Shown piece after piece: positions 1 to 8,483 of a stretch of DNA of 64,000 nt. Origin of the DNA: Methanobacteriota archaeon (GTDB lineage: Archaea; Thermoplasmatota; Poseidoniia; Poseidoniales; Thalassarchaeaceae); the NCBI GenBank assembly GCA_002708385.1, contig PANM01000013.1:87359-151358 (forward strand). Reading direction: 5' to 3'. A program made the translations under genes and the position numbers. The notes under the pieces were generated by a model. It was not told the DNA's origin and ran no database searches. It worked only from the letters and a program-made list of their open reading frames with translations. How positions within the stretch are numbered: position 1 is the stretch's first letter; every line of letters starts with the position of its first letter.

Positions 1-48
1 CAGGTCATCGAGTAATTCGTTGGGCATATCGAGACTTATCTTTGGCAT
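1..48 (-). CDS. 5'-partial ORF running off the window start (N-terminus MPKISLDMPNELLDDL...)
   Basis: The reverse complement of 1-48 begins with ATG (complement of 46-48) and stays open to the window edge. No homology is assignable from 16 residues. Confidence 0.15.
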   Translation of the reverse strand, partial: MPKISLDMPNELLDDL

Positions 49-103
49 GGTTGTGCGTAAACGTCCTCATTTTAGATATTACTGTAGTATTATTCCAGTA
101 ATA

Positions 104-412
104 CTATGATAAAACAACGGTTAATTCAGGATAATTTATACAAATTGTAGCTGACCTATCTCTAATCTGAGAAAAATGAACCATAATTTCGGAATGATCT
201 ATACTTGTACCTAACATGTTTGAAAGAACTGAAATTCCTCCCTGAATGACACCTGCTTCGAGGAAGGCATCATTGCTAATTTGACCAGAGTTTCTTAGTG
301 ATGCTAGCTCTAGTGACAAGTCTTCAGCAATTTGTTTCGCGGTCTCAAATGTCAACCTGTTTTCATCCAACAACTGACCTAGTTCTTGCAACATGGTAAA
401 TCGTCTAACCAA
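104..412 (-). CDS. Hypothetical small helical protein (102 aa)
   Basis: Intact ORF, co-oriented with and immediately downstream of the epimerase and mutase genes. I recognise no motif. Confidence 0.35.
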   Translation of the reverse strand: MVRRFTMLQELGQLLDENRLTFETAKQIAEDLSLELASLRNSGQISNDAFLEAGVIQGGISVLSNMLGTSIDHSEIMVHFSQIRDRSATICINYPELTVVLS

Positions 413-441
413 TTACTTTTCACTATTACTTCCCACAACGT

Positions 442-843
442 CTAGTGTTCAACGAGTTCAACTAAAACTCCTCCAGTTGAAGAGGGGTGAACAAATGCTA
501 TTTTTGTGCCATTGGCACCAAATACTGGCTCTTCATTTATCATACGAATACCCAATGATTTTAACTTCTTTATTGAAGAATTTATATCATCGGTTTTTAC
601 TGCTATTTGTTGAACTCCTTCGCCCCTCTTTGTTAGGAACTGTCCAATAGGTGTATCTGAACCTAAAGGTTCTAAGAGCTCTATTTTTGGGCCGCCTGAG
701 GAGGTTTGAAAAAACCTAATTTTAACTCCCTGTTCCTCATTTAATTGGTCAATACCTTGAATAAAACCGAGACTACTCCAAAATTCACTATGATCCTCTA
801 AGGAATGGGTGGCTATTCCAATGTGATCTATTCCTTCGCTCAT
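442..843 (-). CDS. Methylmalonyl-CoA epimerase (VOC/glyoxalase-fold)
   Basis: The HIGIAT...EFW...G and C-terminal GVLVELVE pattern is typical of VOC-family methylmalonyl-CoA epimerases. It sits directly downstream of the mutase. I trimmed the start to the ATG at 841-843 (MSEGIDHIGIA), which abuts the mutase stop at 845; the track ORF extends to 876. Confidence 0.6.
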   Translation of the reverse strand: MSEGIDHIGIATHSLEDHSEFWSSLGFIQGIDQLNEEQGVKIRFFQTSSGGPKIELLEPLGSDTPIGQFLTKRGEGVQQIAVKTDDINSSIKKLKSLGIRMINEEPVFGANGTKIAFVHPSSTGGVLVELVEH

Positions 844-844
844 A

Positions 845-2506
845 TCAGACACCACTCGGAGCAATCCAGGTACCAAAAACGTCCCTAAGTACGTCGTTTA
901 CCTCTCCCAATGTGACTTCTTCTTTGTAAGCTTCAATCATTATTTCTAGTAAATTTTCATTATTTTTGGCTGCTCTTCGGATACCTTGTAGGTGTTGTTG
1001 AATAACGAAATTATCGCGATTAATTTTCATCTCAAGTAGTTGATTGATTTGATTTTGTGATTTTGAGGGGTCAATGATATGGCCAAATTTTGCGGACTCA
1101 TCCGATTCACTGAATTTGTTTACTCCGACCACAGAAGTTTCCCCGCTTTCTATAGCCTGTAATTGGTTCCAAGCGGACTCATGAATTTCTCGTTGCTGAT
1201 ATCCTGATATTACACAATTCATTGCACCCCCATTAGATTCTATTGATTCTATTAATTTCTTAGATTCATCATACAACTTAGTTGTTAATTCTTCTACTAA
1301 ATATGAACCAGCTAATGGATCCACTGTAGTAGGTATATTTGTTTCATGGGCTAAAATTTGTTGAGTTCTAAGAGCGAGTAATGCCGATTCCTCGGTAGGT
1401 AAGCCAATTGCTTCATCGTAAGAGTTAGTATGGAGGCTCTGTGTGCCTCCAAGTACAGCAGCTAAAGCTTGGTAAGCTACTCTAACTGAATTATTAATCG
1501 GTTGTTGGGCAGTTAGTGTCACTCCAGCAGTTTGAGTGTGAAATCTCAACATAGTTGATTTCGGATTATTCGGTTGAAATCTTTCAGTGACTAGATCATA
1601 CCATAGTTTTCTAGCTGATCTAAATTTTGCTACTTCCTCGAAAAAATCATTATGACAACCAAAAAAGAATGAAATCCTTGGTGCAACATCATCTATGTCA
1701 ATCCCTACGTTGACCGCTTGTTGAATATACTCCAACCCATTTGACAGTGTAAAGGCAATTTCTTGAGTAGCTGTACATCCTGCCTCCCTCATGTGATAAC
1801 CGCTGACTGATATAGTATTCCAAAGGGGAGTGTTTTCCTTACTCCATGACATTAAATCGGTGGTTAATCTAATAGATTCCAAAGGGGGGAAAATATACAG
1901 CCCTCTGGCTATATATTCCTTCAATATGTCATTTTGAACGGTGCCTCTTAGTTCATTTCTAGGCACACCCTTTTCATCCGCATAAGCTACATAAAGAGCA
2001 AATAATGAAGTTGCAGGTGCATTAATTGTCATAGATGTTGATACAATAGACAAATCTATGCCCTCGAATAAGTCTCTCATATCGTGGATTGAATCTATTG
2101 CGACCCCTACCTTACCCACCTCGCCTATAGCCAAATCTGAATCAGAATCTAATCCTAGTTGGGTAGGTAAATCGAAAGCAACGGAGAGGCCTGATTGGCC
2201 CTTGGATAAAAGTTCATGAAATCTCAAATTGGTAGATTTTGCATTTGAAAAACCAGCATATTGTCTCATAGTCCACAGTTTATCTAAGTACATGTTTTTG
2301 TGGATTCCCCGTGTATAAGGTGGATCACCAGATGAACCTAATGATTGATGAGAAAATTCTATCCCATTTAGTGTATTAATTGTTGGGTGACTGGAGCGAT
2401 CAGTAGTCAAACCTTCCCCACCTACGTCACTATCCATAGTTACCCGAAGTGGATAAGATGCATGAACTCTATGTAAAAAAGGTCTATCTCCTGATTGTAT
2501 AATCAT
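845..2506 (-). CDS. Methylmalonyl-CoA mutase, large catalytic (substrate-binding) subunit without B12-binding domain
   Basis: About 550 aa. Mutase motifs are present: RQYAGFS, GLSVAFDLPTQ, SMTINAPA and TQTAGVTLTAQQPINN. The first track codon is TTG; an ATG lies at 2504-2506. Confidence 0.85.
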   Translation of the reverse strand: MIIQSGDRPFLHRVHASYPLRVTMDSDVGGEGLTTDRSSHPTINTLNGIEFSHQSLGSSGDPPYTRGIHKNMYLDKLWTMRQYAGFSNAKSTNLRFHELLSKGQSGLSVAFDLPTQLGLDSDSDLAIGEVGKVGVAIDSIHDMRDLFEGIDLSIVSTSMTINAPATSLFALYVAYADEKGVPRNELRGTVQNDILKEYIARGLYIFPPLESIRLTTDLMSWSKENTPLWNTISVSGYHMREAGCTATQEIAFTLSNGLEYIQQAVNVGIDIDDVAPRISFFFGCHNDFFEEVAKFRSARKLWYDLVTERFQPNNPKSTMLRFHTQTAGVTLTAQQPINNSVRVAYQALAAVLGGTQSLHTNSYDEAIGLPTEESALLALRTQQILAHETNIPTTVDPLAGSYLVEELTTKLYDESKKLIESIESNGGAMNCVISGYQQREIHESAWNQLQAIESGETSVVGVNKFSESDESAKFGHIIDPSKSQNQINQLLEMKINRDNFVIQQHLQGIRRAAKNNENLLEIMIEAYKEEVTLGEVNDVLRDVFGTWIAPSGV

Positions 2507-3224
2507 CAACGACTGAATTTAGTTTTTCTGCTTGTGCATCATCTAAAATACCTTCATTTTGTTTGTCTAAAATAAATTGTTTCGCGTCTTGGGTGGTTTG
2601 CCTTTCTCCCTTAGCCCAAATTGAACCTAATAGTGAAGAATGGTATTCCTCTGCAACATCAATGTCCTTCAATAGTCCTCGGACTTCGTATTTGTATTCC
2701 ATATGTCTTGACCGGTCTAATCTTTGTTCTTTGGTAGCAGGTTGAAATTTAGGTTTAGGTCTTCTGAAGGATTTGACCGGTTTTGTTGGCGTGGACTTGA
2801 CTGGTTTTTGTTGTTTCTCGGCAATTGCGTTAGCATTGGCTCTAGCCTTAGTCGCTTCAATAATTTCCATTGCTTTTGAGCTAGTGGTGGGTAATTCCTC
2901 TTCAGATTCTTGTTCTTCTACGGTTGACAGGCCTCTTGTTCGCCTTTTCGTAACACCAAGTACTTGTTCTTCCAGTATTGACTCATCTTCGTTTACCGTA
3001 ATTTCTTTTTCATGCGTCTTTTCCGGTTGTGATTTTGTTTTTTGTTTGACAGTGGTTTTGGCCTTAGGAGGTATTTGTGTTGGAGGTAAACTAGGTTTAG
3101 CCGGTGTAGCTTTAGTGGGTGTTGAAACGACGCTTTTCTTGGAAGGTGGTTTCGGTGATTTGCCCCCTGATGATTTATCGAAAATATTCCGAGGCTCACT
3201 TCGTGGTTTCCTACGTCGCTGCAC
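2484..3224 (-). CDS. Hypothetical protein with Lys/Pro/Thr-rich low-complexity N-terminal half and a conserved-looking C-terminal domain
   Basis: Intact 246-aa ORF. It has a KPxKP-type basic tail like two other proteins in the window. It overlaps the mutase 5' end by about 23 nt. Confidence 0.4.
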   Translation of the reverse strand: MQRRRKPRSEPRNIFDKSSGGKSPKPPSKKSVVSTPTKATPAKPSLPPTQIPPKAKTTVKQKTKSQPEKTHEKEITVNEDESILEEQVLGVTKRRTRGLSTVEEQESEEELPTTSSKAMEIIEATKARANANAIAEKQQKPVKSTPTKPVKSFRRPKPKFQPATKEQRLDRSRHMEYKYEVRGLLKDIDVAEEYHSSLLGSIWAKGERQTTQDAKQFILDKQNEGILDDAQAEKLNSVVDDYTIRR

Positions 3225-3288
3225 TATATTTCCATCCTATATCTCTAATCGCAGGTAGAATCCTTGTTAAGACTTCGCAATTAGACAC

Positions 3289-4299
3289 TTAATCCCATTC
3301 CACTAATGTATGATCGGTTCTTAGCGAAGGGTTCACCAAACTATCATTGTATTTGGTGATTGAGTTTGATTCTAACATTCTCCTTCCTAACTCAGCTATC
3401 ATAGTCCCATTATCAATACAGTATTGTTTTTCTGGCCAGACACCAATAGACCCTCTTTGTCCACACATTACTTGTGTCATCTCTCTTATCCTTTCGTTAC
3501 AGGCTACACCACCGCCAAGTAATAATTCACGCTTTCCAGTATGAGCCAATGCTCTTTCGGCTACCTCAATGCAAGCAGAAAATGCATGTTCCTGTAACGA
3601 CCAACATACAGCCCCTAATTCATGGCCTTCATTGATTCTTTGTAAAGCCGCATTTAACAAACCTGAGAAATTTAAATCCATACCTTGAACACTGTATGGT
3701 AAAGGAATTTCTTCAACATCAGCTGCAGGGTTTAATTCGTGCCATTCTTTTGCTAGTTTCTCGATTTTTGGCCCACCCGGGAAGGCCAATCCTTGTGTTC
3801 TAGCAAATTTATCTAACATATTACCTATGCCTATATCCAATGTTTCTCCTAATACTTGGTATCTGTCACCAGCTCTAGCGATAACCTGAGTGTTACCTCC
3901 GCTGACATAAAGTAAGACTGGGTCTTTACACCCTGTTTGATTTCTGCCGATTTCAATATGTGCCACACAGTGATTTACCCCTATTAGGGGAACTTGCCAA
4001 TGTTCTGCAAGCGCCCTTGATACATTAGCTCCAATTCGAAGGCAAGGTCCTAATCCTGGACCTTGACTGTAGGCAATAGCTTCAATTTGTGAACGGTCTA
4101 TTTTTTCTGTTTTCATTAATTTATCTATTAACTGACTAGATAACTCTGAGTGGTGGTCGGCTGCTTCCCTGGGGTGTATTCCTCCCTCTTCCGGTCTATA
4201 CAAGGCTGAGTGTGATTTGCGTGGAATACCGCATAAAGTTACTAGGCCAAATGAAAAGGTGTGAGCGGTGCTCTCTACCCCTATGATTACCTTGTTCAC
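3289..4299 (-). CDS. kae1: tRNA N6-adenosine threonylcarbamoyltransferase Kae1 (KEOPS catalytic subunit)
   Basis: N-terminal IIGVESTAHTFSFGLV and metal-binding GVNHCVAHIEIG (His-x-x-His), about 330 aa, are typical of Kae1/TsaD. Confidence 0.85.
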   Translation of the reverse strand: MNKVIIGVESTAHTFSFGLVTLCGIPRKSHSALYRPEEGGIHPREAADHHSELSSQLIDKLMKTEKIDRSQIEAIAYSQGPGLGPCLRIGANVSRALAEHWQVPLIGVNHCVAHIEIGRNQTGCKDPVLLYVSGGNTQVIARAGDRYQVLGETLDIGIGNMLDKFARTQGLAFPGGPKIEKLAKEWHELNPAADVEEIPLPYSVQGMDLNFSGLLNAALQRINEGHELGAVCWSLQEHAFSACIEVAERALAHTGKRELLLGGGVACNERIREMTQVMCGQRGSIGVWPEKQYCIDNGTMIAELGRRMLESNSITKYNDSLVNPSLRTDHTLVEWD

Positions 4300-4349
4300 A
4301 TGGCTTTGAGTGGTGAACTACATATCAATGAAACGTTTGTATCTCTTCA

Positions 4350-5615
4350 ATGAGCCTGTTGCTGCTGAATACTGGGCCTATAGCTACCATCGATAATGGT
4401 GATCCAACAATTCCGCTGACCGGCAGCGATATGAGTGATACCGAGACACTCACTCTGCCATCTGGAAATGGGGTATTTATTGAAAATGGTATCATAAAAA
4501 AAATCGAACAATCGGATTGTTTATCTAATGAATTTGGTTCTGAAGATACGAAAGATTTGACTGTAATTGATTGTAATTATCAAGCCATTATACCCGGATT
4601 TGTGGACTCTCATACACATCTATTGTGGGATGGTGATCGCTCTAATGAAATGCAATTACGCCAACAAGGACTTACCTATTCTGATATAGCTAATCTCGGT
4701 GGTGGAATTAACAAAACTGTAGAATTTACCAGAAATGCTCCTCTAGAGAAATTACTTGCTTTGGGTAGAAACCGAATAGAACGAGCAGTAAACCTAGGCA
4801 TTACAACTATCGAATGTAAAAGTGGCTATGGATTGGATATTGAATCTGAAATCAAATTATTAAAAGCCTCGAACATATTATCCGGAACATCGCTTGTAGA
4901 TATTCATTCAACATGGCTAGGGGCTCATGATATTCCCAAAGGTGTGAAGGCTGGAGATTATGTAGAGTCATTAATATCTGAACAATTACCCGCTGTTGTT
5001 GAACAAGGATATGCAAAATATTGCGATGTTTTCTGTGAACCCGGTTGGTTCACTCTAGAACAGACAGAGGACATAGTGAAGGCCGCCAAGACATATGGGT
5101 TTACACCAAGATTACATGTAGACGAATTTGTAGATGGGAATGGATTGCAATTAGCAGCAGAACTAGGTGCCGTCAGTGGCGATCATGTAGGGCACTCTTC
5201 GGATGAAGCCAGAGAATACGCGACCAAATCTGGAACCATGCAAACCTTCCTCCCTGGAACTCCCTATGTTCTTGGCCACCATCTAAATTCCCCATTACGT
5301 CGTTGTGTAGATAATAATTGGCAATTTTCGCTGGCTACGGACTTCAATCCTAATTGTCAAACATTGTCAATTCCTTTTGTAGGTAGTCTGGCTACACATC
5401 GTCTAAACCTAACCCCATTAGAAGCACTCGTGGCTGTAACTCGTAATCCCGCCACTACACTACTGGATTCAACTAATTCACTAGTCCCCGGAAGCATAAG
5501 GGAAGGCGGACCTGCAGATTTACTAATATTGAATTCTCAACACATAGATGCTTGGTGTCAAATGCCAGGGGATAATCCAATCCATCATACAATCAAGTCC
5601 GGCCTCATATTGTAA
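4350..5615 (+). CDS. hutI: Imidazolonepropionase (amidohydrolase superfamily)
   Basis: The metal-ligand motif DSHTHL plus KSGYGLD and downstream His/Asp ligands match HutI. The rest of the histidine-utilisation set lies nearby. Confidence 0.8.
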   Translation: MSLLLLNTGPIATIDNGDPTIPLTGSDMSDTETLTLPSGNGVFIENGIIKKIEQSDCLSNEFGSEDTKDLTVIDCNYQAIIPGFVDSHTHLLWDGDRSNEMQLRQQGLTYSDIANLGGGINKTVEFTRNAPLEKLLALGRNRIERAVNLGITTIECKSGYGLDIESEIKLLKASNILSGTSLVDIHSTWLGAHDIPKGVKAGDYVESLISEQLPAVVEQGYAKYCDVFCEPGWFTLEQTEDIVKAAKTYGFTPRLHVDEFVDGNGLQLAAELGAVSGDHVGHSSDEAREYATKSGTMQTFLPGTPYVLGHHLNSPLRRCVDNNWQFSLATDFNPNCQTLSIPFVGSLATHRLNLTPLEALVAVTRNPATTLLDSTNSLVPGSIREGGPADLLILNSQHIDAWCQMPGDNPIHHTIKSGLIL

Positions 5616-6092
5616 AATAGTTAAGGCTAATACAGAACACCATTTCACAACACGCGATTCCTTATAATTAATTATCAATTTACAACAGTACGTTGGGAGC
5701 CAAACATAGAATGTGACTAAGATTATGTAATTATCATTCCAAACTCGAGCATCTGTGAACTGATAACAGTAGTTATCGGCCTTAGATTAGTAGTCCCACC
5801 TTAACATAGGCTCTCAGTACGACGATTTTTGATTATCAGAGGAAAATTACCAATTCCTCCCTCATAGACGCATTAAAATTTCTCCAATACATCGGAGATA
5901 CATGACAGAAGGAATTTCCGGCTTCTGTATGAAATGTAAACACAGGCGAATCATATCTAATCCGACTAATGTTAAGATGAGTAATGGCCGAATTAGAGTC
6001 ACAGGACATTGTAGCTGGAAAAACTGTGATGGAAAAATTTCCAAGATCATTTCATAGATGGAAGACTAAAGGCAGAATCATTCATTTGGGAG

Positions 6093-6098
6093 AATATA
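6093..6098 (+). promoter_or_regulatory. Putative TATA-like element (AATATA) about 17-22 nt upstream of tRNA-Val
   Basis: An A/T hexamer lies at the expected distance for an archaeal tRNA promoter. A 5-bp leader hairpin GCCCA/TGGGC follows at 6099-6118. Confidence 0.2.
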
Positions 6099-6114
6099 GC
6101 CCACTAAGATATCT

Positions 6115-6190
6115 GGGCTCGTGGTCTAGGGGTTATGACGTCGCCTTGACATGGCGAAGATCGCAGGTTCAATTCCTGCCGAGCCCACCA
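6115..6190 (+). tRNA. tRNA-Val (anticodon GAC) with genomically encoded 3' CCA
   Basis: I folded a full cloverleaf by hand. The acceptor GGGCUCG pairs with CGAGCCC, the D-stem is GUCU/UGAC, and the anticodon stem is UCGCC/GGCGA. The loop is UUGACAU, the T-stem GCAGG/CCUGC, the T-loop UUCAAUU and the discriminator A73. CCA is at 6188-6190. Confidence 0.9.
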
Positions 6191-6208
6191 GATAATTTAT
6201 TTCACCTA

Positions 6209-6934
6209 TTAGTGGTTTTCAAATGTATATGAAAATCTGATTCTACCCTTACCTTTGTTTTTCTTACCAACATATTCAATGAAGGGGATTTTTGCAGTAT
6301 TGTCAACATGGGTACCTGCACATGGGCACAGATCAATGTCTTCTACTTCTACAACTCTTAGTTCCTTAACGGAGGACGGAATTCTGTCCATGAATTTAGT
6401 GTGTCTCATTTGTTCATGTCCCATAATTTGCTCACGTGACCATTGATGGATGTTGACTGGTATGTTTTTACTCAAGATACCATTTACAGTTGACACTAAT
6501 ACATCGGGTTCGAATTGCGATTTATCTTCGAATAGTAAATCTACCCTGGATTTATCAAATGTTAATTGATTCCCGACAGTTTCAGCACCCCAAATATCTT
6601 CGGCTATCGCTGACACAATGTGTTGTGCTGTGTGCATACTTGTGTGTCTATTCCTACGTTCAACATCTATGTGACAGGTAATTAAATCACCCATTTCGAA
6701 AAGGTCTGGTTCCTCAACAGGATGGGCGATCATATCCCCTGAAACTACCTCATGCATTTTCGATTTACTTTCTTTAGATTTGATTATGCCCGTATCCCCA
6801 GGTTGACCTCCCCCCCGAGGGTAGCAATAAGTAGATTTTAGGAATATATTGTCTCCCTGAATATCTACGATTTCCGAAATAAAAGGTTTTGGATTTAGAC
6901 CAGGATGTTGTGTCATATGCATTTTTTCTTGCAT
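6209..6934 (-). CDS. alaX: AlaX-type trans-editing protein (alanyl-tRNA synthetase editing-domain homolog, AlaX-M size)
   Basis: The zinc-binding editing motifs HTAQH and CPCAGTH (CxxxH) are present, at about 240 aa. The track ORF starts with TTG at 6964; the in-frame ATG at 6932-6934 gives MQEKMHM. Confidence 0.7.
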   Translation of the reverse strand: MQEKMHMTQHPGLNPKPFISEIVDIQGDNIFLKSTYCYPRGGGQPGDTGIIKSKESKSKMHEVVSGDMIAHPVEEPDLFEMGDLITCHIDVERRNRHTSMHTAQHIVSAIAEDIWGAETVGNQLTFDKSRVDLLFEDKSQFEPDVLVSTVNGILSKNIPVNIHQWSREQIMGHEQMRHTKFMDRIPSSVKELRVVEVEDIDLCPCAGTHVDNTAKIPFIEYVGKKNKGKGRIRFSYTFENH

Positions 6935-6938
6935 GGAA

Positions 6939-8462
6939 TCACCCAAAAATTTCGTGCGGATCAACCAACAACATCGAATTTGCTAGTGATTGACATTCCT
7001 GACTCATTACTCTATCTCCTTCGAATGGTTCAACATATTTACGAACCCATTTTTTCAAATTAACTACGCCATTTCCGGGTTGAATCGATAATCTTTCTAG
7101 TGATTCTATTGAACAAACCAATTCGTTAGCAATAACTTGAGATAGTAATGTTGTTGATTTTAGAGACCGAAATGTTCCTGTGGCCCCCATTGATACATGA
7201 TCTTCCTTACCCATGCTAACAGGAACATTAGACGTAGTTACTGGGTTCGACAAAAGATGTAATTCTGCTATGCAGGCCGCAGCGACATATTGTACAATCA
7301 TATATCCGCTTTCCAATCCTTCATCAATAGCTAAGAAAGCCGATTGGCCACCCCAATTAGGGTCAAGGACTTGGTTAATTCTACGCTCCGCAATTGATGC
7401 TAGTTCGTGGCACGCAACCGCTATAGAATCACTAGCGAGGGCTAAGTTTTGTCCATGGAAATTACCACCACTGATTATTTCTGAACCATTTTTTCCATAG
7501 AATACTAATGGGTTATCTGTAGCGCTATTGATTTCTATTTTTAGTAACCTTCGAGTCTCAATAGCTATGTCAATTACAGGACCATGGACCTGTGGCACAC
7601 ATCTGAAACAATATGCGTCTTGTACTCTATCACAATCTTCGTGGGATAGTTTAACTTGTGAGTTATGCAAGAATCCAGCGATTCTTGATGCAGATATCAG
7701 TTGTCCTCTCTGAGGCCTATTGTTGTGAATTCGTGGGTCAAAAGGGGAATGAGAACCCCTAATGGCTTCTAATGAACATGCTGCGGAAGCATCTGCGAAC
7801 AGTAATAATCGTTCTAAATTTAACAACGTTAGAGAAAGGTATGTGCACATTTGGCTTGTTCCATTAATCAGTGATAGCCCTTCTTTTGCTTGTAACTTTA
7901 CAGGCTTCAGATTATTTTCGATAAGAATCTCTGAGGTAGGATATTCCTTCCAGCCCGATTTACCCCTAACCAAACAACTTCCTTCCCCAATTAGTCCTAA
8001 GGCCATATGTGACAACGGGGCTAGGTCCCCAGAAGCACCTAATGAGCCAATTCTAGGTATAATTGGGGCGATACCTAGGTTAATCATTTCAATTAGTAAT
8101 TTCACAACCTCTGGTCGAATTCCTGATACGCCTTTTGCTAGTGAATTTGCACGATATACCATCATTAAAAGTACATGTTCAGGGTCCATGAGCTCACCAA
8201 CTCCACAAGCATGACTACGTATCAGGTTAGTCTGTAACTTGGCTAATTCAGTCTCATCAATTTTGACTGAAGACATCGCCCCAAATCCAGTATTTATTCC
8301 ATAAACTACTTGATCAGAATTTACAATCTCCTCCACTACCTGTCTAGATTGCGACATTCTATCGATAGCTTGGTCGCACAGAACTAAAGTGGATTGACCA
8401 ATTGATGCAGAATATGCAGACTCGATAGTGAGTGTTTGACCATCGATTAGAACAGTGGCCAT
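6939..8462 (-). CDS. hutH: Histidine ammonia-lyase
   Basis: The MIO-forming Ala-Ser-Gly triad sits in GASGDLAPLSHMA, at about 507 aa with ammonia-lyase family conservation throughout. Confidence 0.9.
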   Translation of the reverse strand: MATVLIDGQTLTIESAYSASIGQSTLVLCDQAIDRMSQSRQVVEEIVNSDQVVYGINTGFGAMSSVKIDETELAKLQTNLIRSHACGVGELMDPEHVLLMMVYRANSLAKGVSGIRPEVVKLLIEMINLGIAPIIPRIGSLGASGDLAPLSHMALGLIGEGSCLVRGKSGWKEYPTSEILIENNLKPVKLQAKEGLSLINGTSQMCTYLSLTLLNLERLLLFADASAACSLEAIRGSHSPFDPRIHNNRPQRGQLISASRIAGFLHNSQVKLSHEDCDRVQDAYCFRCVPQVHGPVIDIAIETRRLLKIEINSATDNPLVFYGKNGSEIISGGNFHGQNLALASDSIAVACHELASIAERRINQVLDPNWGGQSAFLAIDEGLESGYMIVQYVAAACIAELHLLSNPVTTSNVPVSMGKEDHVSMGATGTFRSLKSTTLLSQVIANELVCSIESLERLSIQPGNGVVNLKKWVRKYVEPFEGDRVMSQECQSLANSMLLVDPHEIFG

Positions 8463-8483
8463 GATGTTGCCGAGTCAGGACCA

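Noticed and set aside
2773-3258. 161-aa plus-strand ORF, plus similar antisense ORFs at 7213-8214, 12073-12606, 14142-14492, 17494-17883, 36514-37030 and 62413-62907
   Set aside because: All lie antisense inside well-supported genes and have low-complexity or Cys/Ser-rich composition typical of shadow ORFs.
5990-6060. Possible box C/D sRNA (GTGATGG / GATGAG elements)
   Set aside because: No properly spaced C/D and C'/D' boxes (RUGAUGA...CUGA) and no terminal stem could be found.
5984-6232. 82-aa plus-strand ORF
   Set aside because: It completely overlaps the tRNA-Val gene and its leader, and it has no motifs, so I treat it as a spurious reading frame.
6810-6830. C7 homopolymer inside alaX and G7 at about 63288 inside rfcL as potential frameshift sites
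   Set aside because: Both ORFs stay open and conserved across the tracts, so there is no evidence of frameshifting. They remain only potential sequencing-error hot spots.
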